The notes beneath the pieces were generated by a model. It saw only the letters and a program-made list of their open reading frames with translations. It did no database searches and was not told the DNA's origin. From Eledone cirrhosa (Eukaryota), in the NCBI GenBank assembly GCA_964016885.1, contig OZ024741.1, forward strand, positions 39,060,001 through 39,124,000: a stretch of 64,000 nucleotides of DNA, written 5' to 3'. A program made the translations under genes and the position numbers. This document shows, in pieces, positions 62,486 to 64,000 of the stretch (positions are counted from its first letter, which is position 1; each line of letters starts with the position of its first letter).

Positions 62486-62674
62486 TGAGAGAGAGAGAAA
62501 GTTTGTATGAAATGTACACATACAATGTGTCTCGCCGTGTGAATATCGTGAAGAGGTAAACATCTTATTGTCTGAACTGATCACAATTTTACCAGCTGGA
62601 TTCGATTTGGTCAATGAAACGGTGTAATGCCCGTGTCTGGGGACTGAACCTAATCAAACAATGTGTTGCTCGCG

Positions 62675-62676
<2 letters not shown>

Positions 62677-62705
<29 letters not shown>

Positions 62706-64000
62706 CTTCTTCTTCTTCTTCTTCTTCTTCTTCTTCTTCTTCTTCTTCTTCTTCTTCTTCTTCTTCTTCTTCTCGCGTTGCTATGTTTTCAAAGTCTCTA
62801 CCTGTCTCTATATATCCCTACGTGTTGCTATGTTTTCAAAGTCTCTACCTGTCTCTATATATCCCTACCTGTTGCTATGTTTTCAAAGTCTCTACCTGTC
62901 TCTATATATCCCTACGTGTTGCTATGTTTTCAAAGTCGCTACCTGTCTCTATATATCCCTACGTGTTGCTATGTTTTCAAAGTCTCTACATGTCTCTATA
63001 TATCCCTACGTGTTGCTATGTTTTCAAAGTCGCTACCTGTCTCTATATATCCCTACCTGTTGCTATGTTTTCAAAGTCTCTACATGTCTCTATATATCCC
63101 TACGTGTTGCTATGTTTTCAAAGTCTCTACCTGTCTCTATATATCCCTACGTGTTGCTATGTTTTCAAAGTCGCTACCTGTCTCTATATATCCCTACGTG
63201 TTGCTATGTTTTCAAAGTCTCTACCTGTCTCTATATATCCCTACGTGTTGCTATGTTTTCAAAGTCTCTACCTGTCTCTATATATCCCTACCTGTTGCTA
63301 TGTTTTCAAAGTCTCTACCTGTCTCTATATATCCCTACCTGTTGCTATGTTTTCAAAGTCTCTACCTGTCTCTATATATCCCTACGTGTTGCTATGTTTT
63401 CAAAGTCTCTACCTGTCTCTATATATCCCTACGTGTTGCTATGTTTTCAAAGTCTCTACCTGTCTCTATATATCCCTACCTGTTGCTATGTTTTCAAAGT
63501 CTCTACCTGTCTCTATATATCCCTACGTGTTGCTATGTTTTCAAAGTCTCTACCTGTCTCTATATATCCCTACCTGTTGCTATGTTTTCAAAGTCTCTAC
63601 CTGTCTCTATATATCCCTACGTGTTGCTATGTTTTCAAAGTCTCTACCTGTCTCTATATATCCCTACGTGTTGCTATGTTTTCAAAGTCTCTACCTGTCT
63701 CTATATATCCCTACCTGTTGCTATGTTTTCAAAGTCTCTACCTGTCTCTATATATCCCTACCTGTTGCTATGTTTTCAAAGTCTCTACATGTCTCTATAT
63801 ATCCCTACGTGTTGCTATGTTTTCAAAGTCGCTACCTGTCTCTATATATCCCTACCTGTTGCTATGTTTTCAAAGTCTCTACATGTCTCTATATATCCCT
63901 ACGTGTTGCTATGTTTTCAAAGTCTCTACCTGTCTCTATATATCCCTACGTGTTGCTATGTTTTCAAAGTCGCTACCTGTCTCTATATATCCCTACGTGT
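62677..64000. repeat. (CTT)n followed by a 47-bp satellite (~26 copies, runs off the window)
   Basis: gttgctatgttttcaaagtctctacctgtctctatatatccctac(g/c)t. Confidence 0.97.

Noticed and set aside
62775-64000. CRISPR-like appearance of regular repeats (also 56427-56680 and 43120-44350)
   Set aside because: No unique spacers (contiguous units or only (TA)n between them), no cas genes, eukaryotic context.

Overview
AT-rich, microsatellite-saturated animal genomic DNA; the SINE/LINE repertoire suggests an octopus-like cephalopod (inference, no search run). One host gene is reconstructable: a minus-strand PLP-dependent L-serine dehydratase/threonine deaminase (SDS/SDSL) with 7 coding exons between 38793 and 6679 (~325 aa). 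All splice phases are compatible, but there is an apparent 2-nt frameshift just after the start codon. The intron after coding exon 3 holds a young, apparently intact Penelope-like retroelement (RT + GIY-YIG, 19830-28227). It is arranged as a 4278-bp unit, a partial tandem copy and a ~2-kb inverted copy, with a hammerhead-like motif in each pseudo-LTR. The rest is decayed Penelope (Naiad-like), RTE, CR1-like, R4/Dong-like, mariner/MITE, Helitron-like and SINE sequence plus satellites. Main hunt result: about ten small non-coding fold-back inserts sit mostly in (TA)n tracts and carry minimal type-I hammerhead ribozyme motifs, intact or degenerate. They share one polarity (left arm minus, right arm plus, 3' ends outward), the same as the large element, and look like a set of ribozyme-bearing, Penelope-mobilised mini-retroelements (retrozyme-like).
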